NCBI RefSeq assembly: GCF_964188315.1
Contig: NC_135661.1
Location: 81,716,001-81,780,000 of the forward strand
Direction: 5' to 3'
Origin: Podarcis muralis
Lineage: Eukaryota
Length of the DNA: 64,000 bases
Shown here piece after piece: positions 1 to 11,720 of this stretch. Each line of letters opens with the position of its first letter. Within the stretch, counting starts at the first letter, position 1. The notes beneath the pieces are model-generated. The model did no database searches and was not told where the DNA came from. It worked only from the letters and a program-made list of their open reading frames with translations. The position numbers and the translations under genes are program-made.

Positions 1-85
1 AGCAGGGAATCCATATTCAGAACAAATCCCCCATCACCTTGGATGTAAAGATGTTTCTTTACAAGGTCAGCATATGTGGAGGAAG

Positions 86-285
86 NNNNNNNNNNNNNNN
101 NNNNNNNNNNNNNNNNNNNNNNNNNNNNNNNNNNNNNNNNNNNNNNNNNNNNNNNNNNNNNNNNNNNNNNNNNNNNNNNNNNNNNNNNNNNNNNNNNNNN
201 NNNNNNNNNNNNNNNNNNNNNNNNNNNNNNNNNNNNNNNNNNNNNNNNNNNNNNNNNNNNNNNNNNNNNNNNNNNNNNNNNNNNN
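86..285. other. Assembly gap (N run)
   Basis: Run of 200 N; ORFs spanning it are artefacts. Confidence 0.99.
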
Positions 286-483
286 ATTAAAATACAACAT
301 TAAAATTTCAGCCTCATTTCAGTAGAAACTCAAATAAAAAACTTTTTGGGGATGAAAACGTCAAATCTTCACCAAGGCCAACTATCCAGACTGGTCCTAC
401 GTGGGCCAGAAAAAGCCAAGGAAGTCCCCAAATAGGAGTTCCATCACAGAAGGAGAAAGGAAAAAGAAAAGAGGGGAAGGGAA

Positions 484-800
484 TCAAATCGATTCCAAGC
501 CAAAGGCCAGGCGGAACAACTCTGTCTTACAGGCCCTGCAGAAAGAAATCAGATCCTGCAGGACCCTGGTCTCATGAGACAGAGCGTTCATGAGACAGAC
601 CCTGGCTCTGGTTGAGTGCTGTGTGGCAACAGAAATTGAACCAAAATGGATCCATTGAGAAATGAAGGTAGGTATCAACAGGCTTAGGCGAACTCTGGGG
701 AGATGCAGGCTTGCAAAACATTTTTTAATGCCCCAGAGGAGGGCAGCCTCCCTTTTAGAAAGCCGATTTTGCGTGTCCCAACCCCACCCTCTTTGCTGAG
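484..800 (-). mobile_element. L2-type LINE 3' fragment
   Basis: ORF 484..807 ends ...LQDLISFCRACKTELFRLAF, resembling the L2 ORF2 C-terminus. Confidence 0.65.
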
Positions 801-824
801 TTGTCAACTGCTAATCCTTTTCCT

Positions 825-1182
825 GGGACGCGGGTGGCGCTGTGGGTAAAACCTCAGCGCCTAGGACTTGCCGATCGCATGGTCGGCGGTTCGAATCCCC
901 GCGGCGGGGTGTGCTCCTCTCGTTTGGTCCCAGCGCCTGCCAACCTAGCAGTTCGAAAGCACCCCCGGGTGCAAGTAGATAAATAGGGACCGCTTACCAG
1001 CGGGAAGGTAAACGGCGTTCCGTGTGCTGCACTGGCTCGCCAGATGCAGCTTGTCACGCTGGCCACGTGACTCGGAAGGGTCTGCGGACAGCGCTGGCTC
1101 CCGGCCTCTTGAGTGAGATGAGCGCACAACCCTAGAGTCTGGCAAGACTGGCCCGTACGGGCAGGGGTACCTTTACCTTTAC
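825..1182 (+). mobile_element. Sauria SINE, full length
   Basis: Head GGGACGCGGGTGGCGCTGTGGG, tail (ACCTTT)n, 14-bp TSD CTAATCCTTTTCCT on both sides. Confidence 0.93.
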
Positions 1183-1338
1183 CTAATCCTTTTCCTGCCT
1201 TACTGATTGTATATTCCTTGGGGCAGGGCCCTTGCAATCCTTTCATGTTCTTAAATGGACTGAACATTGCATGCTGAAGATAACTTGAAATAGGATTTGA
1301 CAGTGCAAACGACTTCCCTCACTATACTGAGATCTCAC

Positions 1339-1421
1339 CTGTCCAGAAAAGGGAACATCGTCAGGTAAAGGAGGTGCAGATACAACTCGGGCAGAAGTCT
1401 TAAATCTCAGCCGACAGGCCC
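1339..1421 (-). CDS. Gene E first cytoplasmic exon (WACRLRFKTSARVVSAPPLPDDVPFSGQ)
   Basis: Acceptor ctccttcag|GG, donor CAG|gtgaga; 83 nt, phase 1-0; alignable to cyt1 exons of genes A/B/C but TAT (Tyr) is replaced by CCT. Confidence 0.75.
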
Positions 1422-1844
1422 CTGAAGGAGGGAGAAAAGTAGGAATCAAACCTGAACATTCCCCCTACACAGACCTTTGCTTTTATGTTTTTTTCTTTAA
1501 ATTAAAGGATGATATTGGGGTAAAGAATTGAGATGATAGAAGCAGAACTGATTTGGAGCAGGATCTGTCAGAAAATTAAAAGGGGAATAAATGAATGGAA
1601 GAGGGACTTAACTGAAGAATTTTTGGGGGGTGTTTGACATGGATGGCTTGCATGCTCTAGTTACCGTATTTTTCTGTGTATAATATGCCCCCATGTATAA
1701 GTCGCCCCCTATTTTTGGGGACTCCAAATTGAGAAAATGGGGGGTTGATTGTATCCGTGTATACGACATCCTACAATTTTGAACATAATTATTAAATAAA
1801 ATAACCTAGTCTTATACATGGGAAAGTACAGTATCTCGTACTTG

Positions 1845-2356
1845 GGTTACTGCAATGTGCTCTACGTGGGGCTATCTTTGAAGGTGACTTGGAAACTACC
1901 AACTAATCCAGAATGTGGCAGCCAGACTGGTGACTGGGAGTGGCCACCGAGGCCATATTATACTGGTCCTTAAAGACCTACATTGGCTCCCAGTACGTTT
2001 CCGAGCACAATTCAAAGTGTTGGTGCTGACCTTTCAAGCCCCAAACGGCTTCAGCCCAGTATATCTGAAGGAACGTCTCCACCCCCATCATTCAGCCCGG
2101 ACACTGAGATCCAGCGCCGAGGGCCTTCTGGCGGTTCCCTCACTATGAGAAGTGAGGTTACAGGGAACCAGGCAGAGAGCCTTCTTGGTCGTGGAACACC
2201 CTCCCTTCAGATGTCAAGGAAATAAACAACTATCTGACTTTTAGAAGAGATCTGAAGTTTTTAATGTTTGAAGTTTTATCCTGTTTTTAGTCCTCTGTTG
2301 GGAGCCGCCCAGAGTGGCTGGGGAAACTCAGTCAGATGGGCGGGATGATGATGATG

Positions 2357-2395
<39 letters not shown>
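1845..2395 (+). mobile_element. L2 LINE 3' fragment with (AAT)n tail
   Basis: ORF LKDLHWLPVRFRAQFKVLVLTF typical of L2 3' ORF2; 3' end GGGAGCCGCCCAGAGTGGCTGGGG then microsatellite. Confidence 0.85.
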
Positions 2396-2549
2396 TGGCA
2401 TTTATGTCTAAGTTAGCACAAACACATTTTATGCACATTTGTTTCTGCAGACCCTCTGCCCCTGCCCTGTCCAGCAATACCCCTGGGCTCCAGTAGTTGG
2501 CGACAGGACCCAGGAATCTGAGGCTCCGCACTTCCAACATCTTACTCAC

Positions 2550-2645
2550 AGAATAAGACACAAAGCAGTGCTCCAAACAACGTCAGTGCAACCAGAGACC
2601 CAACGACAATCCGAGAAACGACTCCTGCTTCCAGCAGAGCAGAAT
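2550..2645 (-). CDS. Gene E transmembrane exon with Arg (DSALLEAGVVSRIVVGSLVALTLFGALLCVLF)
   Basis: Acceptor ttccag|AT, donor T|gtgagt; 96 nt, phase 1-1; hydrophobic, shares GSL core with TM exons of A and B. Confidence 0.8.
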
Positions 2646-3839
2646 CTGGAACCAGAAAGAAGGTTTTGAGGAACGCAGCAATGGCAGCAATAAGGACCAA
2701 CATTCATCTGGCTGACCGCCTCTTTTCAAACACATCAAGGCCTTTGAGGTGAATGGAGGAAAGCCAGACAACCCAGGCCATGCAATTTCCCACCCAGAGC
2801 AGGCGCTACCATGGATCTGTTCCTTAAGTGAAGGGTGGTAATAGGCAGTGGCTGAGTTTCCTTCCATCTGTGGACCCTTGTTAACGGAGAAATCTGAGGG
2901 CTCCCTTGGACAAAAAACCAAGGACACCAGCCAGGAATACCAGAGCAAAACAGCAGCCAGTAGGCTTGGTCTTTATTGAAGACTGTCGCGACAGGACTCC
3001 CACCTGCCACAAGGTGGAACAAGATGGAAGCCCTGAACAAAAGTTCCCCCAAACTTTTATTAGCTGCTAATCCCCACGTTACACCCCCCCAAACTACATC
3101 ACTCATACATCACGGTTACATCATGAAAAGAGAGGTCTGGTGGCAGTAATCTGAACATCCTGGACCCTGCCCCATGGTTCTCCTTGCCCTCCACCAAACA
3201 CCCATCAAGTGAAGCAAAAGAGATCTTTACATTTCCCTGTTTCCCAGCCAAGTTAATCACACCCTTTTGTCTTCATCTGGGTTTGTTATTTCTGGAATGG
3301 CTACCTGTCTGGCACTCAGGTATCAGGATGCCAGGGATTATCACTCAGGCAGAGGGGCTGCTGAGCAGCTGAGCTCACATGTCTATATGAATTTCTGAAG
3401 TTTTCCCAGTGAGCCAGTACATAGGAACATTTATCAGTGAATTGTTACATTTGGTATTGTGCAGCAGAGGCCCTTTGAACAGATAGGAAGAAACTGTGAG
3501 GAAGTGTTTTGCGGGGACAAATCACAAAAGTCACAAAAGCGATTGTGCTGATTTTGGTAGTGGGCTGCATGTGCATGATATCTGCTGGAGGGGCAACCCC
3601 CCAAAAAACCTATACATAAATTCCTGCAACACCCTGAGGACTAGTAATGAATAACCTGTTTGAGCAGAAACTCTTCCTTTCTTTTGGGTTTGCTGGTTCC
3701 ACCATTTTTATTATTAATCAATTAATTAAATTTGTTAACCACCCTTTATCCATAGATCTCAGGACGGTTCACAACATAAAATAACAATATAAAAAACCCA
3801 CAAATACATGATAGAAATAAGAACAACAAACTAATACAT

Positions 3840-3935
3840 ATGTCAGGAGTGCTCTGATGGTGTTTCCTGCTTGGCAGGGGGTTGGACTCGATGGCCCTTG
3901 TGGTCTATTCCAACGCTATGATTCTATGATTCTAA
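3840..3935 (+). mobile_element. CR1 LINE extreme 3' end
   Basis: TGTCAGGAGTGCTCTGATGG...GGACTCGATGGCC...(ATTCTATG)n, the same as the 3' ends of the CR1 copies at 20.3 kb and 31.9 kb. Confidence 0.8.
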
Positions 3936-4665
3936 TAATTTCCCCCCAACACATTTAAAAGGGCATCAGATGCAAATCAGCCAAAGGCCTGCAGGAAGAC
4001 AGACGTTTTTGCCTGGTGCCTAAAGGTGTATAATGAAGGCAGCAACTGGACTATTTCGGTTGGGGTCTTGGCCTGGGCATGAATCAAGCAAAAACTGAGG
4101 CTTGTGGTTGCCACGTGAGAGGGGTTTAATAAAGGGGAAGAGACCTTACCCTCAATCAAAAGGCCCATTTTATAGGGTTACCACCACCCAGGGGAGCGTC
4201 CAGACCCACCGTGTTGTGCTAGGAATTATAGAATTGCAGCAGGAACTCTTCTTAAAAGTAGCTGCCTTCAATACCTGAACCTAAACCTTCTTCTTCTTCT
4301 AATTCTCCATGATTTGCTTGCAGTTAAACGAACCCAGCAGTTATGACAGGACTTCTCATTGGAGACAGTTGTGCTGGGGGCTAGTTCATTCAACCCTCAG
4401 CAGAAATGCTCAGAGACCTAGCCATAAGCTGCTTAGAGGACACATTTGGAGGGATGAAAGGGAAGAAACTTCTAAAGGCACCAACGGGACCCCCTAAAAG
4501 ATGGGGGAAGGATCATGCCTGAGACCTCTAGGTTTGCACTCCCTGTTTCAAAACCCAGAGACCCTTCTGTTCTCAATGAATATTATTATTATTATTATTA
4601 ATAAATTTTATTTATACCCCGCCCTCCCCAGCCAAGGCTGGGCTCAGGGTGGCTAACAACCAATA

Positions 4666-4907
4666 CAGTGGTACCTCGGGTTAAGTACTTAGTTCGTTCT
4701 GGAGGTCCGTACTTAACCTGAAACTGTTCTTAACCTGAAGCACCACTTTAGCTAATGGGGCCTCCTGCTGCCGCTGTGCCGCCGGAGCACGATTTCTGTT
4801 CTCATCCTGAAGCGAAGTTCTTAACCTGAAGCACTATTTCTGGGTTAGCGAAGTCTGTAACCTGAAGCGTATGTAACCTGAAGCGTATGTAACCTGAGGT
4901 ACCACTG
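4666..4907. mobile_element. Tc1/mariner-type MITE
   Basis: TA|CAGTGGTACCTC...GAGGTACCACTG|TA terminal inverted repeats with TA TSD. Confidence 0.88.
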
Positions 4908-5072
4908 TAATAAAAACAAGTTGAATGAATACAACTTAAAAACAAGATTAAAATACAACATTAAAACATTAAATGTATAGGTTCCAGAGTCATTTGGCCC
5001 TCAAAGCTCAGCGGAGGAGGCCGATTTGGGCGCATAAAAGGTCAGAATGACTGGAGAACAAGCTCATCATAC

Positions 5073-5444
5073 CTGGGACGGTTATATTGATAGCCCCTAT
5101 TCTGTGTTCTAGAGGTCCTTCTGGTTCCAGTGTATAGGTTCCAGAGTCGCTTGGTGTTAAATCTGTGATACGAAGGGAACAGTCTCTTCTCCCAGTCTCC
5201 CTGTCAGTGAAGGCAGATCCGTTTTTCTGTGAAATCACTGGATCTAGGAAATAGGTGAAGATTCGATTTCCGTCAGCACTTGACCCTCGGTACCATTTGC
5301 AGCTACGAAGTGTGGTCACATCAATATCTCCTGGTGTTAATGTGACACTCTGTCCTTCTTGCAGTATTTCTGGTTCAACTTTGATAGGTATTCCAGTCTT
5401 GGCCTGGGCTTGAGTCCGGAGGAAGCAGAAACTCAGGATGGAGG
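5073..5444 (-). CDS. Gene E CEACAM-like N (IgV) domain exon
   Basis: ctgcag|CC...CCAG|gtatga; 372 nt, phase 1-1; ASILSFCFLRTQAQAKTG...EGQSVTL...SCKWYRG...NGSAFTDRETG..DCSLRITDL..DSGTYTL; lacks the B-F Cys pair like CEACAM N domains. Confidence 0.9.
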
Positions 5445-5499
5445 CTGCAGCATGAAGCGGGGGAAAGAAGAGCAAAAACACGTCCTCATATTATAATTT

Positions 5500-6010
5500 C
5501 TTTTCCTTTTGTACAATTTATTTATTTGGTTTTTCAGATTAAAATTTTACGGTCACACATCTGACATGCAGCATAAAAACAAGATTCCAAAGGATCTCCT
5601 GGAGTTTTCTCCTCCCCTTTGTGGGTCCTATTGTTAATCATTTCCTCCTGTATCTTGTATGATAATCCAAATCTTTCTTTTTTTGTTAGATCGTTTATTA
5701 ATTTTCCAATAAAAGACATCCAATTAACATATCAAATCATAATCCAAATCTTCTATCCCTCCATTGTGTCCAAGATTCACCAGTAAACTACAAGTGATAT
5801 TCCAATCCTACTAATGATTTTAACTGTTTACGATGATCTTTAAGACAAGTAATAAATTTTCCCCATTCCTTATTAAAATTTGGGTCTTCCTGATTTCTGA
5901 TTCTTCCGGTCATTTTAGCCATTTCGGCACAATCCTTCAACTTGATCTGCCATTCTTCTCTGGCAGGGACTTTCATTTTCTTTCCATCTCTTTCCATTAT
6001 AATTTCTTAG
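5500..6010 (-). mobile_element. L1-type LINE 3' fragment
   Basis: ORF EEWQIKLKDCAEMAKMTGRIRNQ, matching the ORF2 C-terminus of the other L1 fragments in the window. Confidence 0.75.
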
Positions 6011-6220
6011 TTTATATGTCACTAATATGCTAATATGTCACTATATGCTAAAATAGGCTTCTAAGTGGATTATAGATTATAAAAACAAATTGCACAAATA
6101 TTGAAATGTAAACATTCACAATTCAAGTACACAATAAAACAATTCCCTATGTGCATGTGTGTGTGTGGCTGTTGTTGTTATATTTATTATATTTATTTAT
6201 AACCCAGATTTTCCCCAGAC

Positions 6221-6467
6221 TGTTAAGTTGTGGGTGAACATATCAGACGACACAGCGATTCTTCAAACAGCTCTTGTTTATTCACAGGCCAGAACAGAAC
6301 TGAACTGAAGGGTTCAGTCAGCCTGCTTATATAGAGCTCCAGTACAACGTAACTGTAACAATTTTCTAAAACTATCCAATCACCGAACGTCACTTTCGAT
6401 CCCTTATTTGCATAACTATCTAAAGTATCCCCCTGTTGGCCCAGGGTGAGAACTTCAGTACATAACA
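6221..6467 (-). mobile_element. Solo LTR (247 bp)
   Basis: TG...CA ends, near-perfect 5-bp TSD CAGAC/CAGAT, AATAAA and TATA-like motifs on the minus strand. Confidence 0.7.
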
Positions 6468-6546
6468 CAGATGACAACTCAAAAGCTACAAACATGGGGG
6501 GGGGGGGAATCATTAAAAGATAATTAAATACACACACAAACACACA

Positions 6547-7330
6547 TGTGAGGGGTTCAGGGACAGAGGCACAGGTGAGGGAGGAGACGGAGAGCAAGGG
6601 GGAAGAATCCCAGGACAGCGAGGAAGAGGATGACAATGACTTGAGGGATTCCATGAGTCTTTCAAGTGAATCGGAGGATTCCCAGAAGGGGGCGCCTGTG
6701 GTCAGGCCAAGGGGAGTCACAGGGGGGACTCGTCAGGAGCAGGGGACCAGCAGGGGAACCCAAAGTGGGAGCTGGGAGTCGGGACCGGCTTCTCCGCCAG
6801 AGCGCAGTGAAGGGGGTGGAGATTCCAGTGTGACAGGGGAAGCAGGTCCGAAAGCAGAGAGGGAGGGAAGATCGGAGCAAGACATCCTCCCGGAAAGGGA
6901 GGGGAGTAGTGCAGGGAGTAGTGTAACTGTCAAGAGGAAGGTTAGAGGTTGCGAACGCGCGCCAAGTTCAAATGTGGAGGCGCGCGGAAGAACAGGGAGC
7001 CCGGAGGAGGAGCCAGGTCCCAAAGCACGCAGGAGGGGGGAAGAGCTGTCTGGGGATTCCGCGTCAGGGGAATCCAGGAGGGGCGAAACCCCAGGGGGCA
7101 GGAAGACCCTGCGGAAAAGGAAAGAAAGGAAGAGGTGGAGCAGCACAAGCCTCTTAAACTGGTGCAGAGGAGGGACTGACTCAGAGGGGACTTCAGCGGT
7201 CTAAGCGTAACAGACGTGGGGCTGCGCGCCTCGGCTGTGGAGCGTACAATACACTGCAATAAACATTTTTGTATATAAACTGGACTTGGCGTTGGTCTCT
7301 TGTGAGCTGGGACCTGAGGCAGCCCTGACA
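6547..7330 (+). mobile_element. Solo LTR (784 bp) containing a low-complexity 218-aa ORF
   Basis: TGT...ACA ends, perfect 5-bp TSD ACACA, AATAAA near 7258. Confidence 0.78.
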
Positions 7331-7934
7331 ACACATTTATGATTTATTAAAAATAGAGATAATAACAGTAAAAACATCACAGCACCAGCCCTTTCCTTAA
7401 GAATAGTCAGTTCCTAAAAGCATGTTGGAATAAGAAGGGAAGGACAAGGAAGAAACCGGTCTAACGTCTCTAGGAAAGGAGCTCCAAAGTTTGGGAGCAG
7501 TCACTGAGAAGGCCCTGTCCTACATCCCAACCAAGATTGGCTGTGAGGGGGACAGGAATGAGAAAAGGGCCTCCTCTAAAGGTTATGTTATGGTTTTTCA
7601 AAGTTATATGTAAACAACCCTGTGCTCTTCAGATGAAGAATGGTATATAATTTTTTATTATTATTAAAGTGATTGTGTGTATGAGTGTGTGTGTGTCCTG
7701 CTCACTGCTGGACTGCAGCCCCCAAGAACTTCCCAGAGTAGCTTAAGCAGTCAATCCCTCTTCACAGGCATCTCTGGGAACTGTAGTTTTGAGAGCGGAA
7801 ATAGTAGTCACCTGACCACTCTCGGCACCCTTAACAAACCACACCTCCCAGAATCCTTTGGGGGAAGCCATGATGGTTTAAAGTGGTATCACAGTGCCTT
7901 AAATGTATGTTGTGAACGTAGCCTATCACCCTTA

Positions 7935-8300
7935 AAAAGGTAAAAGGTAAAGGTACCCCTGCCCGTATGGGCCAGTCTTGCCAGACTCTAGGGTTGTGCG
8001 CCCATCTCACTTAAGAGGCCGGGGGCCAGCGCTGTCCGGAGACACTTCCGGGTCACGTGGCCAGCGTGACAAAGCTGCATCTGGCGAGCCAGAGCCGCAC
8101 ACGGAAACGCCGTTTACCTTCCCGCTAGAAAGCGGTCCCTATTTATCTACTTGCACCCGGGGGTGCTTTTGAACTGCTAGGTTGGCAGGCGCTGGGACCA
8201 AGCAACGGGAGCGCACCCCGCCGCGGGGATTCGAACCGCCGACCTTTCGATCGGCAAGCCCTAGGCGCTGAGGCTTTTACCCACAGCGCCACCCGCGTCA
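7935..8300 (-). mobile_element. Sauria SINE
   Basis: Reverse complement of the 825 copy; TSD CCTATCA/GCCCTTA. Confidence 0.92.
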
Positions 8301-8350
8301 CCTATCGCCCTTAGAGAGATCAAAATCTCTTTCCGTGCTATCAGATAGCA

Positions 8351-8356
<6 letters not shown>

Positions 8357-8413
<57 letters not shown>

Positions 8414-8955
8414 TTTTTATTTGTACCCCGCCAATCTGGCTGGGTTTCCCCAGCCACTCTGGGCGGCTTCCAACAAGGATTAAAAATACATCAAAATGTC
8501 ACACATTAAAAACTTCCCTGAACAGGGCTGCCTTCAGATGTCTTCTAAATGTCAGGTAGTTGTTTATCTCTTTGACATCTGGTGGGAGACGTTCCACAGG
8601 GCGGGTGCCACTACCGAGAAGGCCCTCTGCCTGGTTCCCTGTAGCTTAGCTTCTCGCAGTGAGGGAACCGCCAGAAGGCCCTCGGCGCTGGACCTCAGTG
8701 TCCGGGCAGAATGATGGGGGAGGAGACGCTCCTTCAGATATACTGGACCGAGGCTGTTTAGGGCTTTAAAGGTCAGCACCAACACTTTGAATTGTGCTCG
8801 GAAACTTACTGGGAGCCAATGTAGGTCTTTCAAGACTGGTGTTATGTGGTCTTGGCGGCCACTCCCAGTCAACAGTCTAGCTGCCGCATTCTGGATTAGT
8901 TGTAGTTTCCGGGTCATCTTCAAAGATAGCCCCACGTAGAGCGTATTGCAGTAAA
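8357..8955 (-). mobile_element. L2 LINE 3' fragment with (AAT)n
   Basis: ORF LQLIQNAAARLLTGSGRQDHITPVLKDLHWLPV. Confidence 0.88.
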
Positions 8956-9100
8956 ATGTTGGGAAATAGGTGGCTGGAGCTGTACAGTCAGCCACCAAAG
9001 ACTAGCCACCCTCTGGCAAAGGACAAATCGAAATGCAGCACCTATTTCCCCTCCCTCTTTGTGTCTCCTTCCTTCTATTTAGGGTCCCTATCCGTCTCAC

Positions 9101-9179
9101 CTTTGAAGAGTGTGGCCTGCCATGAGCCCTTCTTCCCCAGCGAAGCCCTAGCACACCACAGCGGCTTTTCCTGCCTCAT
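9101..9179 (-). CDS. Gene E leader exon (MRQEKPLWCARASLGKKGSWQATLFK)
   Basis: ATG at 9179, donor AAAG|gtgaga, phase 1; ends SWQATLF like the leaders of B (SWQMLLLA), C and D; downstream of the shared promoter/5'UTR motif at ~9215. Confidence 0.65.
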
Positions 9180-9579
9180 TTCAGACTTTGATCCAGAGGA
9201 TACTCCCCTCAGCTGACTCCTGGATTCGTCCTCTTTCTGGGGCTCCTGTGTTTCCTGCTTCTGTGCCGGGCAAGAGCCCCCAACGGGCACAGAGTAGGGT
9301 GGGGGACTTGGCACCAGAAGCCCACACCTCACATCTCTCTCTGTGCCGAAGCCAGCCGGCCAGGGGACAGGCTGTGGGGTAGAGACCAGAGCTGAGGCCC
9401 GGCTTCTGGCTGCAGCAGAAAGGGGAAGGAAGGAAGGAGGCGGCACTACGCAGAAGGGACGAAGAAGAGGCAAACTTCCTTCCCTTGGCCCCACTTGGAG
9501 ATCAAAAGCTGGAGGGAGGGATTTGTTCTCAGTTCCTTCTTTGCACTAAAGCTTGTAACAAGAGCTCAAGGAGAAGGAG

Positions 9580-9830
9580 AAGAAGAGTTTGGATTTGATA
9601 TCCTGCTTTATCACTACCCTAAGGAGTCTCAAAGTGGCTAATATTCCCCTTTCCCTTCCTCCCTCACAACAAACACTCTGTGAGGTGAGTGGGGCTGAGA
9701 GACTTCAGAGAAGTGTGACTAGCCCAAGGTCACCCAGCAGCTGCAAGCGGAGGAGTGGAGACGCGAACCCGGTTCACCAGATTACGAGTCTACCGCTCTT
9801 AACCACTGCACCACACTGGCTCTCCCCATC
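9580..9830 (-). mobile_element. Second tRNA-derived SINE family copy
   Basis: Minus-strand head GAGAGCCAGTGTGGTG..GTGGTTAAGAGC with A/B-box-like motifs; near-identical copy at ~13470-13715. Confidence 0.7.
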
Positions 9831-10403
9831 AAGGAGATGACTGGGACCACAATCCTAACTCCACTTAACATGGGAATATGCCCCACTGAATTCAGTAGGA
9901 CTTACTTCTGAGTAGGCATGGTTAGGATAGCAGACTTATATGGCCTGCACCCTCAAATAAGGTTTTGGCCACCCCATATCATCTACTGCTATGAGCAGGT
10001 GACTGTCTCCTTGAGATCTCATTATCTCCGATCAAGACTGTTGTCTTTGAGCAATGCTCTCTTCATACACAATGAGCCTAGGTCAGGAGCTGGCATTTTT
10101 TTTTAGCTGCGGGCTGGTCCACTGTCCCTCAGACCTTGTGGTGGGCCAGAGAAGCGGCACTGGGGGGCGGAGCTGGAAGAAGAGGCGAGGGGGGCAAAAA
10201 CCACTTGAACCACTTGGTCCCACTGCTAAAACTTTTTATTACACCAGGTGACTGTGTGCCTATGTGGGAGAATTCTACATTCTTCTCTTCAGACAAGGAA
10301 ACCAATTTTTTTCAACACACTTCCCCAGAACAATCCAGGCAAAGGAGGTAAGTCATAGGAGATGTTTGCACTGAGGAGACCAGCAGGGGAGAATTATCCC
10401 TGA

Positions 10404-10523
10404 TCATTTCTTCTTGATTTCTGAGCATATTATGTTGCTTTCCAAAGGCCAGACGGCCGCTGGCTCTGGCTGTGGAGGGTGGTTGGCCTTGAAGGCTAGT
10501 GTTGAATATTGTATGTCTTCACC
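10404..10523 (-). CDS. Gene D terminal exon with ITIM (GEDIQYSTLAFKANHPPQPEPAAVWPLESNIICSEIKKK*)
   Basis: ttgcag|GGT, phase 0, 120 nt to TGA; IQYSTL fits ITIM; resembles the CEACAM1 last exon (VTYSTL...IIYSEVKK). Confidence 0.85.
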   Translation of the reverse strand, partial: GEDIQYSTLAFKANHPPQPEPAAVWPLESNIICSEIKKK

Positions 10524-10829
10524 CTGCAAGATATCATAAGAAGGAGTCAGTGGGACCAAGGGGAAGTTCAAAGGCATTGTGGTATTGGGGGCTGTAATGG
10601 GGCAGCACTTTTGAGTGTTTATTGCAAGGCCGTTCCCTGGATTTCTAGCTTTTGTTGAATTTTTCAAAAGCAAACACGATGACACAACAGAGCTCACAAC
10701 TTTCTACTTGCAGGGTTATAAGGGAAAGCATGCAATCAATAATCAACCTGTTATCCAGGAAACATCAAACTTGATCCCACCTTACAGTAATCCAGCCAGC
10801 GAGTGTAAAGGTGTCAGGATAACAGCCAA

Positions 10830-11720
10830 GCTCTAGATTCTTCCTTTTAAATATATGTTTAAATTTCACTTAAAAAACACAACAAACACATAAACTCAAC
10901 AAATTCATAGGTACATAGTATTATTGAATACATATATACTTCACACAACATCAATATTATGAATACCAGCATTGGTATTTGATTTAACATTTTTTCCGGT
11001 ACTTCTTTTGCAGATTGTATCAATGGTTCAGCACACAAAAAATGCAAAGGTGAAAGGGGGGGCCTCTGCTTCCTCAAAAATGATTTCAGTAATTTATTTA
11101 TTTTTGTTCGTTTATATATAAAACTGTGCATGGGTCTTCAGAAACAGCTTTGATATATTCTAAGAAAGGAACACCCGTATTTAATTTATCCAACAAGGAG
11201 TATGAATAATTACTTTCTATCCTATCAAAAGCTTTTTCAGCATCTAAGAAAACCAAAGCTATTTCTATTTCATTTATTAAATACAAGAATTTTCTTGCAT
11301 TAACTGATAGTAAACAACCTATAGTGACATCCATGGGTCTGGATATCTATACATTAAAATAACTTTAACCTTTTTGTGTACATTGGAGCAAGAATTCTGA
11401 AATCTTGGTTTAATGATGATATTGGTCTATAAGATTAGGGTAATGTCGGATATTTGTCTTTCCTATGAATTAAGGTTATTTTTTCATCTTTCCAAGATTC
11501 TTATATTACATTAGTTAGCTTACAATAGTTAAACAGCTTAATTCAACAGTACTGCTATCTGAAAATGTTTTTATAAAATTAGGCAGGTAAACCATCAAAG
11601 CCAGGTGAATTGTTGGTTTTCAGAGCTCTTGTAACATTTTGTATTTCTTGGGGATTATTCTCTATATTGAGCATTTGTCTGTCCTCAGTAAACGCTACAA
11701 GTTTTATTCCAAATAACATG
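10830..11720 (-). mobile_element. Degraded L1 ORF2 (RT) fragment
   Basis: ORF 11098..11334 contains IALVFLDAEKAFDRI, an L1 RT motif. Confidence 0.75.

Noticed and set aside
39-325. ORFs at the window start and at 55751-56417
   Set aside because: Artefacts of translating through N runs.
825-900. tRNA genes suggested by A/B-box motifs (GGTTCGAATCCC)
   Set aside because: These are tRNA-derived SINE heads flanked by TSDs, not tRNA genes.
7690-7745. Leader-like donor (CCAGCA|gtgagc) as the gene E leader
   Set aside because: No in-frame ATG and the wrong phase; a better leader exists at 9101-9179.
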